Assembly (NCBI GenBank): GCA_016187745.1
Contig: JACPJC010000006.1
Span: forward strand, 115,682 to 179,681
From: Candidatus Iainarchaeum sp.
Lineage (GTDB): Archaea; Iainarchaeota; Iainarchaeia; Iainarchaeales; JAXPJC01
Direction of reading: 5' to 3'
DNA length: 64,000 nt
Below the pieces are notes generated by a model that saw nothing but the letters and a program-made list of their open reading frames with translations, did not search any database and was not told the DNA's origin. Both the position numbers and the translations under genes were made by a program. Positions 49,142-58,685 of the stretch are shown in pieces; the stretch's first letter is position 1, and each line of letters begins with the position of its first letter.

Positions 49142-50029
49142 ATGGCTATGAGGATGGTTCCGTTCAGCCCTGTTCCTGTTGGCGCCCTGAAAAAAATCTC
49201 AAGGCCGCTTATGGGCATTGGGGCGGTATTTGCAAGGGCCTTCCCCTACCTGGAACTGGAGCTTGAGCAGGCCGAAGCCGGAATAGACATTGACGAGTAT
49301 GGCGCGATAATGATTTTCCTCTTCTCATTTTATTTCCTGTTCATGGCATTCATCATCTTTGCAGTAGGCACGAAAATGGGGGCGCAGAATGTTCCCATAC
49401 TTTCGATTACTGCAGGAATGCTGATCGCATTTCTTGTGATGATGCAGCTTTCCATCTATCCCAAAATGCTAGTGAGAAAGAAAGTAAGGGACATCGAGAG
49501 GAATCTGGTATTTGCGCTGCGCACTGTGCTTATTGAAATAAAGTCCGGGGTTTCGCTGTTTGATGCGCTTGTTATGATTGCAAACGGCGAGTATGGGGCA
49601 TTAAGCTCTGAATTCAAGAGGGCGGTTGATGAAATTAACACAGGGACAAAAGAGGAGGACGCTTTGCAAAAGCTGGCAATGAACAATCCCTCGCTTTTTT
49701 TCAGGCGCTCCCTGTGGCAGATAGTGAATGGGATGAAGGCCGGGGTTGATGTGAGCAGGGTATTGGCTGAGCTTGTTGCAACAATGACAAAGGAGCAGCG
49801 CATACAAATCAACCGCTATGGCTCGCAGCTCAGGCTCTTTTCCCTGATGTACATGATGCTTGGAGTAATAGTGCCGTCTTTGGGACTGACTTTCCTGATA
49901 ATACTCTCAAGCTTCCCGCAGATTCAGATTACTGAAATTCTCTTCTGGATACTGCTTGTGGTAATTATTTTCGGGCAGCTCATGTATGTGGGGCTTATAA
50001 AATCAAGGAGGCCCAATCTCCTGGGATGA
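49142..50029 (+). CDS. TadC/T2SSF membrane platform protein
   Basis: Multi-TM; IKSGVSL...YGALSSEF; follows the ATPase. Confidence 0.9.
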   Translation: MAMRMVPFSPVPVGALKKISRPLMGIGAVFARAFPYLELELEQAEAGIDIDEYGAIMIFLFSFYFLFMAFIIFAVGTKMGAQNVPILSITAGMLIAFLVMMQLSIYPKMLVRKKVRDIERNLVFALRTVLIEIKSGVSLFDALVMIANGEYGALSSEFKRAVDEINTGTKEEDALQKLAMNNPSLFFRRSLWQIVNGMKAGVDVSRVLAELVATMTKEQRIQINRYGSQLRLFSLMYMMLGVIVPSLGLTFLIILSSFPQIQITEILFWILLVVIIFGQLMYVGLIKSRRPNLLG

Positions 50030-50035
50030 TGAAGA

Positions 50036-51016
50036 ATGTATAAGAGATTCTCGGCCTTGCTGCCGAAAAGGGTCATTGAGGGGCTGCGCTCCCAGCTGGA
50101 GTATCTGAACATAAGCATAAATGAGAGGAGGTTTGCGGGCTTCCTTATAATTTACTCGCTTGCTCTTAGCTTCGGGATTGCATTCAACCTTGCATTGTTC
50201 CTGAGGATTCCGCTCTGGATAGGGTTTTCTGCCTGCCTTGGCTTTATCATATTGTGCACATATCTCTGGCTGAGCATTGCCGCGGAGGGCAAGGGCAAAT
50301 TTGTTGAGCGCATACTTCCTGATGCGCTGCAGCTGATTGCGAGCAACATGAAATCAGGGCTTACTGCGGAAAGGGCATTGTTCATAAGCGCAAGGCCCGA
50401 GTTCGGCCCTTTGGAAAGGGAGCTGAAAAGGGCAAGCGCGAAAATAATGTCCGGGGAGAGGGTTGAACTTGCCCTTATGGAATTGCCCAAGCGCATAAAA
50501 TCAAAAGTTCTGGAGCGCACAGTATGGCTGATTTCTGAGGGGGTTACCTCAGGCGGGCAGGTTGCGGATTTGCTCCTGCAGCTTTCCGATGACATCCGCG
50601 AGCAGAATGCGGTTGAGGAGGAGATAAAGGCGAACATAAGCATGTATATTATGCTGATATTCTTCTCAAGCGCGATTGGGGCTCCCGCGCTTTTCGGAAT
50701 TTCAACATTCATTGTGGAAATACTCTCAAAGCACATGACGGGCCTTGCATCGATTCCCTCGGGGGTTAACCTCGGGGTTGCAGGGCAGTTTGTTGGCGGC
50801 GGAGGGGGAGGCGCGCTTAACCCGGAATTCGTCCTGCTGTTTGCCTATATTGCGCTGTTCTTTTCATGCATATTTGCGGGAATGACAATCGGGGTTATAA
50901 ATTCCGGGAAGGAGAAGAACGGCGTTAAGTTCATACCATTGCTTCTTGCCATTGCATTCATTGTATTGTTTGCAATAAGAACCCTGCTGCTGTCCTTCTT
51001 CGGCGGGATTATGTAA
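50036..51016 (+). CDS. TadC/T2SSF membrane platform protein
   Basis: LPDALQLIASNMKSG...ARPEFGPL; multi-TM. Confidence 0.9.
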   Translation: MYKRFSALLPKRVIEGLRSQLEYLNISINERRFAGFLIIYSLALSFGIAFNLALFLRIPLWIGFSACLGFIILCTYLWLSIAAEGKGKFVERILPDALQLIASNMKSGLTAERALFISARPEFGPLERELKRASAKIMSGERVELALMELPKRIKSKVLERTVWLISEGVTSGGQVADLLLQLSDDIREQNAVEEEIKANISMYIMLIFFSSAIGAPALFGISTFIVEILSKHMTGLASIPSGVNLGVAGQFVGGGGGGALNPEFVLLFAYIALFFSCIFAGMTIGVINSGKEKNGVKFIPLLLAIAFIVLFAIRTLLLSFFGGIM

Positions 51017-51045
51017 TTTGCGCGGATTGCCAATAAAACACACCA

Positions 51046-51324
51046 TCATTGCTCACTGTACCAATTTTCATACTGCTTATGATTTCCGACAAAGTGTATG
51101 TGTTTTGTTCTTGTTTCTTCTTCCCGCATAAATGCGATTCTGTACTGCCCCACCTCTTCCACCTGATAACTTGAAGAATGCAATCCTCTTGCAGCCAATG
51201 GCTGCTTCATTTTTTCGATTTTTTTAATAATCTGCTGCCTGATTGGTTTGTCAAATTTTCTGAAGTGCATATCCCATCCCGGCTTGAACTTAAGTTTCCA
51301 TTGCGTCAGGTTCAATGGGCTCAC
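51046..51324 (-). CDS. RelE/ParE-like toxin
   Basis: F.KFDK.IRQQIIKKI...VGQYRI.F...FVGNH. Confidence 0.8.
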   Translation of the reverse strand: MSPLNLTQWKLKFKPGWDMHFRKFDKPIRQQIIKKIEKMKQPLAARGLHSSSYQVEEVGQYRIAFMREEETRTKHIHFVGNHKQYENWYSEQ

Positions 51325-51569
51325 CTGTACTTTGCCAGTGCTTGCTCTTCCGAGAGATATTTTGTGCCCTTGTTTTTCATTTCTGCTTCTTCTTTTTTAA
51401 TTCTACGCTCCACTAATTCCAGTTCAATGTCCTTAATCAGGTTATACTCCTTGTTCAATGCAAAAATGCCCATCCTCAATGCATCTGTCTTAGACCTTGC
51501 TAGGCCAAATTCTACAGCCTTTTCCAGAATCAATTCTGCAATTCCGCTAAATGCGAGTGTCGTCCTCAT
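51321..51569 (-). CDS. RHH-type antitoxin
   Basis: GLARSKTDALRMG; overlaps the toxin start. Confidence 0.75.
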   Translation of the reverse strand: MRTTLAFSGIAELILEKAVEFGLARSKTDALRMGIFALNKEYNLIKDIELELVERRIKKEEAEMKNKGTKYLSEEQALAKYR

Positions 51570-51665
51570 AATTAACCCTCCAATTATGCATTAATTATGC
51601 ATCAAACACTATATAAAAATATGTTTGGCATTTGTGCATACCGCTATGCGGCAAATTGCGCATAT

Positions 51666-53450
51666 TCACGAATAGGTGATTACAACGCTGTTTATTGTTG
51701 GGGTTGAGGCTGCGGCATTCGTGTCCAGGAAGGCCCTGTACTGCGCCCATTGCTTATTGTCAAGGGCTGAATTTATTGCGCTGTTCTGCGTTGTGTAGTA
51801 GTCCCCTGCGCCTGTCGGGCCGAGCCATTGCGCGGAATTCAGGTCCTGCAGGGAATTCCCGGAACGCATCTGGAATTTCAATCCTGTTCCTGTTGGAAGC
51901 GAAGCATTCCAGGTTATTGTGCGCAAATCCCTTGGAGAGGCCAAATCAAACGGCGCTGAAGCAAAGGTGCCTGATGGGGAATAGGTTGGAACGTCCATAT
52001 GGATATTGTCAAGCCATATTTTGCTGTAGCCTCCCGAACAGGCATATGCGAAGAAATAAAGCTTAAGCGTGCTTCCAAGGGTTATGCCTGTGGGATTTCC
52101 CTGATAGTCAAATGCGGGATTCAGTGAAACTGAATTGAAAGAAGGAAAATCAACATCCTGCTGCCTGTAGAGAAGCGAGCTCCCTGCCTGAACATAAATT
52201 GAGCCGTTCGCATTGTTGTCTGCCTTTATGTCAAATGTAATGCTGCCTGTTATTTCCTTGTCCATGCTTGCAATGCTCCCCGCGCAGTGGCTTTGCGGCG
52301 TGCAGCAGTTTGTGTACAAATACAAAGAGCCCAGGGGATTGCCCTGCGCGTTCTCATAAGCGCATGCATGCTGGGGGGCATAGCCATCGTAAATGTAATT
52401 GCAGCTGCTTGCCCAGTAATTATTGAAATCCGCAGTGGAACTGAAGTCCCCTCCCGGAAGCGCTATTGAAACAGGGGATGAGGCTGAAAGCTTAAGCGAA
52501 TTGCCCTGGATCTGCATATTCTGCAGGGTTCCTGAATTGAATTCCGCATAGGTGTCATCGCTTATGCTGAAGGCGCCCGCAGCCGGAGCCTGCTGCCCGG
52601 TCCCCTCTATTGAAATGTCATAAAGCACGGGGGTGTTGTTTGAATTGAATGTTGTAAGGTTTATCCTGTATTGTATGTATCTTCCATTTGGGGAGGTTAT
52701 TGCGCTTCCTGAGGGATTTGAATATGCCCCTGACCATGCGCTCCAGTTCACATTGTCATCTGAGGTGCGCGTTTGCAGGGTTATTGATGTTCCCTCCGAA
52801 AGCAGGGAATTCCATGAGGCCCTGCTCCAGCTGATTTTTTTATTCGCATCATATATGTTTGAGGTAAGCGTTCCGTATGCGGGATAGCTTGCAATCGTAA
52901 GAAGGCGCAGCTCCCCCGGAACTGCTGCATTCACATCGGCTGCGGAGCTGTAATCCCCTGAGCTCCAGTCGCTTGAAAGCCATATTGTAAGGGGCAGCAC
53001 TGCAACCTCGGAGGCGGTTCCCGTGCAGGTTATTTTTTCTATGTGCCTTGCATATTTTCCCCTCACATAGCTTACTGTGATTTCGCCTTTGTACTGTTCC
53101 CCTTTTTTTATGTTCGTCTGGCCGAAAATTATGAAATCATTCCCTGCGGCAACAACATCCGCGGAAGTTGCAGCAGTTCCCCCGAGCTCATCTGAAAAGG
53201 CCACTGAAATGCCCTTTATTGCGAGCCCTGTTCCGTTGGAGAGATAAAGCGCGAAATTGCCGTTTGAATCCATCGTATGATCGGCATAGCCCAACTTCTC
53301 ATAGCCGGTGCAGATTCCCGCAATTGGCGCGCGCAGAATCCCCATGAAAATCAGTACGCCTACAACTATCGCTATTACGACCAGTGCCCAGGAATAGGTC
53401 ATCATGTACTCTAGCGCTGCTTGCCCTTTTTCCATTGACATGTTTGCCAT
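51666..53450 (-). CDS. Pilin fused to extracellular beta domains
   Basis: KG|QAALEY, shared pilin domain, and the LQTRTSDDN..WSAWS...YIQY domain also seen in the 7169 gene. Confidence 0.85.
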   Translation of the reverse strand: MANMSMEKGQAALEYMMTYSWALVVIAIVVGVLIFMGILRAPIAGICTGYEKLGYADHTMDSNGNFALYLSNGTGLAIKGISVAFSDELGGTAATSADVVAAGNDFIIFGQTNIKKGEQYKGEITVSYVRGKYARHIEKITCTGTASEVAVLPLTIWLSSDWSSGDYSSAADVNAAVPGELRLLTIASYPAYGTLTSNIYDANKKISWSRASWNSLLSEGTSITLQTRTSDDNVNWSAWSGAYSNPSGSAITSPNGRYIQYRINLTTFNSNNTPVLYDISIEGTGQQAPAAGAFSISDDTYAEFNSGTLQNMQIQGNSLKLSASSPVSIALPGGDFSSTADFNNYWASSCNYIYDGYAPQHACAYENAQGNPLGSLYLYTNCCTPQSHCAGSIASMDKEITGSITFDIKADNNANGSIYVQAGSSLLYRQQDVDFPSFNSVSLNPAFDYQGNPTGITLGSTLKLYFFAYACSGGYSKIWLDNIHMDVPTYSPSGTFASAPFDLASPRDLRTITWNASLPTGTGLKFQMRSGNSLQDLNSAQWLGPTGAGDYYTTQNSAINSALDNKQWAQYRAFLDTNAAASTPTINSVVITYS

Positions 53451-53566
53451 TTAACCATTTAAATTAGACAAAGGATATTATTAATTCTTATTGTGGGGAT
53501 ATTGCGCAGGGGTTCCGCTAAAGGGGATTAAAATTAAAAGAAAAATAATAAAGAATTAGAAAATCA

Positions 53567-54013
53567 TTAAGGCGCTGTGCCAGTGCATGTTGCTGTTTCC
53601 GTGTGTGAGCCTTTGCCGCCCCTTATATAGGTTATTGTTGCGCTTCCTTGGTAGGTCTGGCCTGATGTTACGCCCGTGCTCGCGCATACGACATTGAAGT
53701 CCTTTGTCGCATTTACTGTTGCGCTTGCAGCGTCATTTACTGTGCAGGTTCCGCTGAAATCTCCTCCGGTTGTCGCAGCAACGCTTGTTATCTGCGCGCC
53801 TGTGCCGTTTGAGACATACAATGCGAATTTGCCTGTGTTGTCTATTGTGTGGTCTGCGTATGCGAGCTTGTCAAGGCCTGTGCAGGTTCCCGCGCTTGGC
53901 GCTTTCAGGATTCCCATGAAGATGAGCACTCCGATAACTATTGCTATTACAACAAGTGCCCAGCCGTATGTCATCAGGTATTCCAAAGCAGCCTGTCCTT
54001 TTTTGTTTAGCAT
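53567..54013 (-). CDS. Probable major pilin
   Basis: KKG|QAALEY, 148 aa, strong GGAGG RBS, pilin domain only. Confidence 0.85.
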   Translation of the reverse strand: MLNKKGQAALEYLMTYGWALVVIAIVIGVLIFMGILKAPSAGTCTGLDKLAYADHTIDNTGKFALYVSNGTGAQITSVAATTGGDFSGTCTVNDAASATVNATKDFNVVCASTGVTSGQTYQGSATITYIRGGKGSHTETATCTGTAP

Positions 54014-54196
54014 CTTTATCCTCCTTTTAATTTGCATTAATTGTTTGGAAAATTGCCCGAATTGACATAAATAAATGCCCTTTCCCTATATAAATGTTTC
54101 TGATTTTGGTTTTGGGGCGCCCCTGCTTATGCCGCTCCGGAATTTCCAGGGATATAAAAATAACAAAGAAAAAGAATCAGGCAAGAATCCAAGGAT

Positions 54197-54547
54197 TCAC
54201 TTGCCTGATGCTATGTTATAGATGTCCTTCAGCGCCACTATTAGTGCTGCCGGCATTACGAACACTGCCACTTGGCCGACTATTGCTACCAGGTAGTTCC
54301 CTATGTATGGGATTGTTACCAGCCCGCCCGCAGTTATGCTCAGCGCCAATAGCGCTATCGCCGCAACAAGGAAGTTTGTAACTTGCTTGTCCTTAATGTT
54401 GAGCAACCCTACAATTAATCCGAGGATTACCAGCACCAAGGCGATTGTCCCTGCGTATGCCGCGACCTGCGATGCCGCTATGCCTGCTATAACTGCTATG
54501 ATAACACCGAGCAGAAACGCGTAGCCGCCTATCTTTTCAAGGTCCAT
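54197..54547 (-). CDS. Small 4-TM membrane protein
   Basis: Almost entirely hydrophobic; GGAGGT RBS. Confidence 0.8.
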   Translation of the reverse strand: MDLEKIGGYAFLLGVIIAVIAGIAASQVAAYAGTIALVLVILGLIVGLLNIKDKQVTNFLVAAIALLALSITAGGLVTIPYIGNYLVAIVGQVAVFVMPAALIVALKDIYNIASGK

Positions 54548-54690
54548 ATTCAGTACCTCCGTGTTCTTATATCCTTCAAACTCATATTTAAACCTTTGTG
54601 CTGAGCATAAGGATTTTCAAGGAAAAGGCGGAAAATTGTTCGGAAAGCGAAATGGGAAACAATAAAAGCATGCAAAGAAACAATTAATTC

Positions 54691-54824
54691 GGCAAGCGGG
54701 CAGGGGTTTCATGCAAATTCTTCGGAATTTGTAAGACTCTGATGTCTGCATTGCCAAAAAAAGAATGCCGGCGGGGCTACCTCTTTGTTCCTTCGGGAGC
54801 ATTTGGGCTTTGACGCCGGCGTTC
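54691..54824 (+). ncRNA. Candidate structured RNA (two long cUUCGg-capped hairpins)
   Basis: Stems 54691-54755 and 54763-54824 pair using several G-U wobbles on the + strand, each with a C-UUCG-G loop. Confidence 0.45.
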
Positions 54825-54836
54825 CCTGACGCCGAA

Positions 54837-54937
54837 CCGCACCAAACCGCGGGAACCAAGGTTCCCCCAGTTTTCCATCAGAAACTACGTTTCCGATACC
54901 TTCCTTAGTTTTGAGGCTAATCCTGACCCCTCCTTTC
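54837..54937 (-). repeat. ~100-bp hairpin-containing dispersed repeat, copy B (inverted)
   Basis: Its reverse complement matches 44902-45004 with few differences. Confidence 0.95.
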
Positions 54938-55133
54938 AGTTTGAGGTTCCTCCTGCACAAAGTTTGAACACTTAGTTGGCAAACCTTGCGTTCAAACTTT
55001 GTGGATTCCCTTCCTTTCAGAAGCTCCAAATGAAGATTGTTTTCTTTTGGGGTAAGACCTAGACCTTTTCTTTTTCCAAAAGAAAAGGGATTGGTTGCGC
55101 AAGTGATTTAAAGGTGTTCGGATAATAATTATT

Positions 55134-55748
55134 ATGGAGAGGACAATGGGCGATGAAAAAGGCATGCGGGGGGGAATGAGCAAGAGATTGAAGGCGCTCA
55201 TAAGAAAGGAATTCACAAACCTGAAGGACGATTTTGTTGCGCTGCTTATTGTGGATGCTGAAAAATTCGCGGAAACAAACATAGAGCTTGTGAGAATACT
55301 CAAGCACGAGAATAAGCTCCCTGGAGTATACATAACTGGAAATGTGCCCTACAAAAACCTCAAGGACCATTTTGATTCGCACAAAGTGGATTTGAAGGAT
55401 TTAACTTTCATTGACATGGTTACGCAGATGTCCGGGGAGGAGGCGCAGAAAGAGGAGAACTGCGTATTTGTTGATTCGCCCGACAGCCTTACAGAACTGA
55501 GCGTAACGCTTGACAGGGCAATGGATAAAATAAAGGGCAGGGAGAAATTCCTTATACTTGATTCAGTAAGCACTTTGCTGATTTACAACAAGGATAGGGC
55601 TGTGGAGAAATTCACGCACTTCCTTGCGAACAATTTAAGGGAAACCCCGGGAACAAAGGGAATCCTGCTTGCTGTCCAGACCAATGAGAACAAGAACGCA
55701 TTGGAGATGCTTGCGCAGTTCTGCGACAAGGTTGTAAAGCTCGTGTAA
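55134..55748 (+). CDS. Inactive RecA/KaiC-fold protein
   Basis: GVYIT...FIDMVT...FLILDSVSTLLIY; no Walker A; start uncertain. Confidence 0.75.
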   Translation: MERTMGDEKGMRGGMSKRLKALIRKEFTNLKDDFVALLIVDAEKFAETNIELVRILKHENKLPGVYITGNVPYKNLKDHFDSHKVDLKDLTFIDMVTQMSGEEAQKEENCVFVDSPDSLTELSVTLDRAMDKIKGREKFLILDSVSTLLIYNKDRAVEKFTHFLANNLRETPGTKGILLAVQTNENKNALEMLAQFCDKVVKLV

Positions 55749-55814
55749 CTGCCTATTTAATCCCCAAATCCCCAACCTTTTTATATTGGTGCTGAATAAT
55801 ATTTACTGATTGGA

Positions 55815-56513
55815 ATGGCGGCTGACCTTGAGCGAACTAAAACAGGGCTTGTGGGGCTGGACAAGCTGATAGGGGGCGGAATCCCGAAAGGAAACCTTGT
55901 TGTTATGTCAGGAGACCCGGGAAGCGGAAAAACGTGCCTGTGCCTGCAGTTCCTTTATGAGGGCGCGACAAAATTCAACGAGAATGGCGTTTTCATAAGC
56001 CTTGAGGAGGATGTGGAGGAGCTTGAGAAGTTCTCAACTCTCTTTGACTGGGATTTCAAGGAGTTGATTGCAAAAAAGAAAATAAAGATTGTAAACGTTG
56101 AGCTATATGATTTTGACAAGCTGCTGACAACAATTGAGGATACCGTCTCCTCAATCAACGCGGAAAGGCTTGTCATTGACCCCGGAGTTGTTTTCAGGCT
56201 CTATTTCAAGACAGAGCTTGAGGCAAGGAAAAGGATTCTTGGCCTTGGGAAAATGCTGAAAAGGATGAATGTTACAACAGTAATAACGAACGAGCTTTCA
56301 ATGGAGCGCGCAAAAAGCCTTTATGGGCTGGAGGAATATGTTGCGGACGGGGTAATACTCCTTTATCACACAAAGCTGGAGAACAGGTTTGTGAGGAGCA
56401 TAGGCATACTGAAGATGCGCGGAACCAAAATTTCCGAGAAGCTGCATCCGCTTGAAATAAGCAAGGAAGGGGTAAAAGTCCTCTCGGAGCAGGAGCTCTT
56501 CGAGGAGATATAA
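55815..56513 (+). CDS. KaiC/RAD55-like single-domain ATPase
   Basis: TGLVGLDKLIGGGIP, GDPGSGKT, SLEE, ADGVILL, KMRG. Confidence 0.92.
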   Translation: MAADLERTKTGLVGLDKLIGGGIPKGNLVVMSGDPGSGKTCLCLQFLYEGATKFNENGVFISLEEDVEELEKFSTLFDWDFKELIAKKKIKIVNVELYDFDKLLTTIEDTVSSINAERLVIDPGVVFRLYFKTELEARKRILGLGKMLKRMNVTTVITNELSMERAKSLYGLEEYVADGVILLYHTKLENRFVRSIGILKMRGTKISEKLHPLEISKEGVKVLSEQELFEEI

Positions 56514-56515
56514 TC

Positions 56516-57226
56516 ATGCCCAAAAAGAAGCAGCAGACAAAGGGCGAAGAGGAAGTTGAAAGGGCGATAAAGCTTGCAAAGCCCTCAGGCGAAATGGAAA
56601 CATACGGGGTCAGCAAGGAGATTTCTGACATTTTAAGCCCGAAGCACAGGATTGCATTGCAGCTGCAGGGCGAGCTTGATGGGAGCCTTGAAAGCTACAT
56701 GGTGCTGATGCTCATAAAGCCTGAGCTTTACACAACAACAAGCATAGAGCTTGTGAAATACTACACGCAGAATCTCAGGCTTCCGGGGATTTACCTCACG
56801 CTGAACAAGCCCTATGAGGATTTGGTTAAAAACCTTGAGGATGAGGGAATTGACACGGAAAAGATTTATTTCATTGACTGCATAAGCAAATTAACGGGAA
56901 GGCGGACGGAAGGATTGGGGAAGAACTGCATATTTGTTGATTCGCCGCAGGCGCTTGCGCAGATTACGACAGCGCTCCAGAAGCTTCTCAGCATCGGAAA
57001 TGAGGAGGAGCAGAGATTCATGATTTTTGATTCAATAAGCACGCTGCTTGTTTATTATGACAAGGAGCCCGTGGGGAAATTCACGCACTTCATGATAGGG
57101 ATGATAAGGAAATGGAAACTGAAGGGTGTGCTTCTCATGGTGGAAGAGGGCGACAAGAGGGGCGCAACAGAGATGATGAGCCTTTTCTGCGACAAGGTTG
57201 TCAATATCAACCATTCGGAGCTTTAG
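56516..57226 (+). CDS. Inactive RecA/KaiC-fold protein, paralog of the 55134 gene
   Basis: GIYLTLNKPY...FIDCIS...FDSISTLLVY...FCDKVV; no Walker A. Confidence 0.78.
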   Translation: MPKKKQQTKGEEEVERAIKLAKPSGEMETYGVSKEISDILSPKHRIALQLQGELDGSLESYMVLMLIKPELYTTTSIELVKYYTQNLRLPGIYLTLNKPYEDLVKNLEDEGIDTEKIYFIDCISKLTGRRTEGLGKNCIFVDSPQALAQITTALQKLLSIGNEEEQRFMIFDSISTLLVYYDKEPVGKFTHFMIGMIRKWKLKGVLLMVEEGDKRGATEMMSLFCDKVVNINHSEL

Positions 57227-58554
57227 GGTTTCTGCGCAATAACCCTGACATTCGCATTTGCCGCCTTTGAGGCAAGCCCGGAAAGATGCGAAAGCATTGC
57301 GGAAATTTCCTGCTCCTTTTTATTAAGCGAATTCTGCCCCCTTGCAAGCGCGGCATTCATTTCCTGTATGTTCCTTTCAATCCGCCTTGCACTTTCCTCT
57401 GCATCGGAAATGCGCCCCGCTATGCTGCTCTTCTGCAGCTCCTTTTCAGCGCTTGCTATCTGCTCATTAAGCCCGAGATATTCTTGGATTTCCTGCCAGA
57501 GTGAGGCGCTTTGCAGAAGCTCGGAAACCGCCAGGGATTTTTTTTCCTTTTCCCTGGCATCCTTGAAATCAATAAGGCCGGAGCCCATTGCCTGCTGCAC
57601 GGAGCTGAGAAGCGCCTTCAGAATTTTTGCTTCAGAATCCTCGGCAATTGCAAGAAGCGGATTCATGAGATATTGGCTAAGCGCATTCTCCTCCTGCTTG
57701 TCTGCAAGCGCGAATTGCCTGTTTGCGGAAAGGTTCTGCAATTTTCTCAAGGGTTTTTCAATCGGCGCGAACATCTGCAGTATTTTCTCCTTTAAGGCCT
57801 GCTTTTGCGAAAGAAGTTTTGCGCGCCCTTCCTGCAGCTCCTGCAGCTCCTCATAATCATCTGAAACCCTGAGCGCATTTGTGCTTTTTACCGCATCCTC
57901 CTTTCCGGATTCCAGGAGGGCAATCTCCTGCTCAATCTTGGGGAGGGAATCCTGAAGCGCCTTTTTTGCCGAAATTTCCGCCTCAATTTCACTGATTTTC
58001 TGCCTGATTTGCGGAATATACATAACGCCGCTTTCAGCAAAAATCTTCTGAATTTCAGAGAACTCCCCCGCAAGCGCATTTATCAGCTCCCCGATCTTTT
58101 TCACTTCCACCTGCAGGAGAATTCCTGTGTATGCGATGTTCTTCCCGAAGGCTGAAATCTCCGCCTGAAGGAGGGAGCTTGAATTATTGCAGTAATCGCT
58201 CAGCGCCCTGTAATCCTGTGTCTTTGGGGGCTCAAGCTTCTCAAGGAGAGTGCGCATCCCCCTCAGCATGCCCTGCTTGCTCGTATCAACTATTTTCCTT
58301 AATCTTTTATTCCCTTCCTCCGTGGAAATTTCCTTGCCTGAAATTTCATCCAGCTGGTTTTTGATTTCCTGCACCGTCCCCTTTATTTCCGCGAACTTGC
58401 CCATTATCTTCCTGTCAAATCCATTCCGCTGCGCGGATGTTTTCTCATCAATCCATTTCTCAAGGCCCTGAAAAGAAATTTCAACTGCCTTTTCCTCATG
58501 GAATTCGGCTTCCTTTGCGCCCCTCTTACCGAAAATTTTCCCGAAAAAGCCCAT
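57223..58554 (-). CDS. Hypothetical coiled-coil protein
   Basis: 443-aa helical ORF with an MGFFGKIFG amphipathic start. Confidence 0.75.
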   Translation of the reverse strand: MGFFGKIFGKRGAKEAEFHEEKAVEISFQGLEKWIDEKTSAQRNGFDRKIMGKFAEIKGTVQEIKNQLDEISGKEISTEEGNKRLRKIVDTSKQGMLRGMRTLLEKLEPPKTQDYRALSDYCNNSSSLLQAEISAFGKNIAYTGILLQVEVKKIGELINALAGEFSEIQKIFAESGVMYIPQIRQKISEIEAEISAKKALQDSLPKIEQEIALLESGKEDAVKSTNALRVSDDYEELQELQEGRAKLLSQKQALKEKILQMFAPIEKPLRKLQNLSANRQFALADKQEENALSQYLMNPLLAIAEDSEAKILKALLSSVQQAMGSGLIDFKDAREKEKKSLAVSELLQSASLWQEIQEYLGLNEQIASAEKELQKSSIAGRISDAEESARRIERNIQEMNAALARGQNSLNKKEQEISAMLSHLSGLASKAANANVRVIAQKP

Positions 58555-58642
58555 TTTTGAACACCTTTATTATCTATGCTGGACAACCTTATAAACCATT
58601 TATGCCGGATTCCGCCCTGCAAAGGAAAAGCTTTTAAACTGT

Positions 58643-58667
58643 AGTTAATATTAACTTTAATATTAAA
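58643..58667. promoter_or_regulatory. Tandem palindromic operator candidates upstream of the RHH gene
   Basis: AGTTAATATTAACT followed by TTTAATATTAAA. Confidence 0.45.
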
Positions 58668-58685
58668 TTAAGGGGGTTTATTCAT

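Noticed and set aside
42153-54013. Archaellum operon
   Set aside because: The pilins lack archaellin signatures, there are two TadC genes, and no FlaF/G-like genes are seen; fits an adhesive type IV pilus better
54600-55100. SRP RNA or RNase P RNA; ORFs 54617-54859 and 54709-55029
   Set aside because: No SRP helix-8 CAGG...AGCA motif and no complementary RNase P P4 strands; the ORFs cross hairpins and repeats and lack protein features
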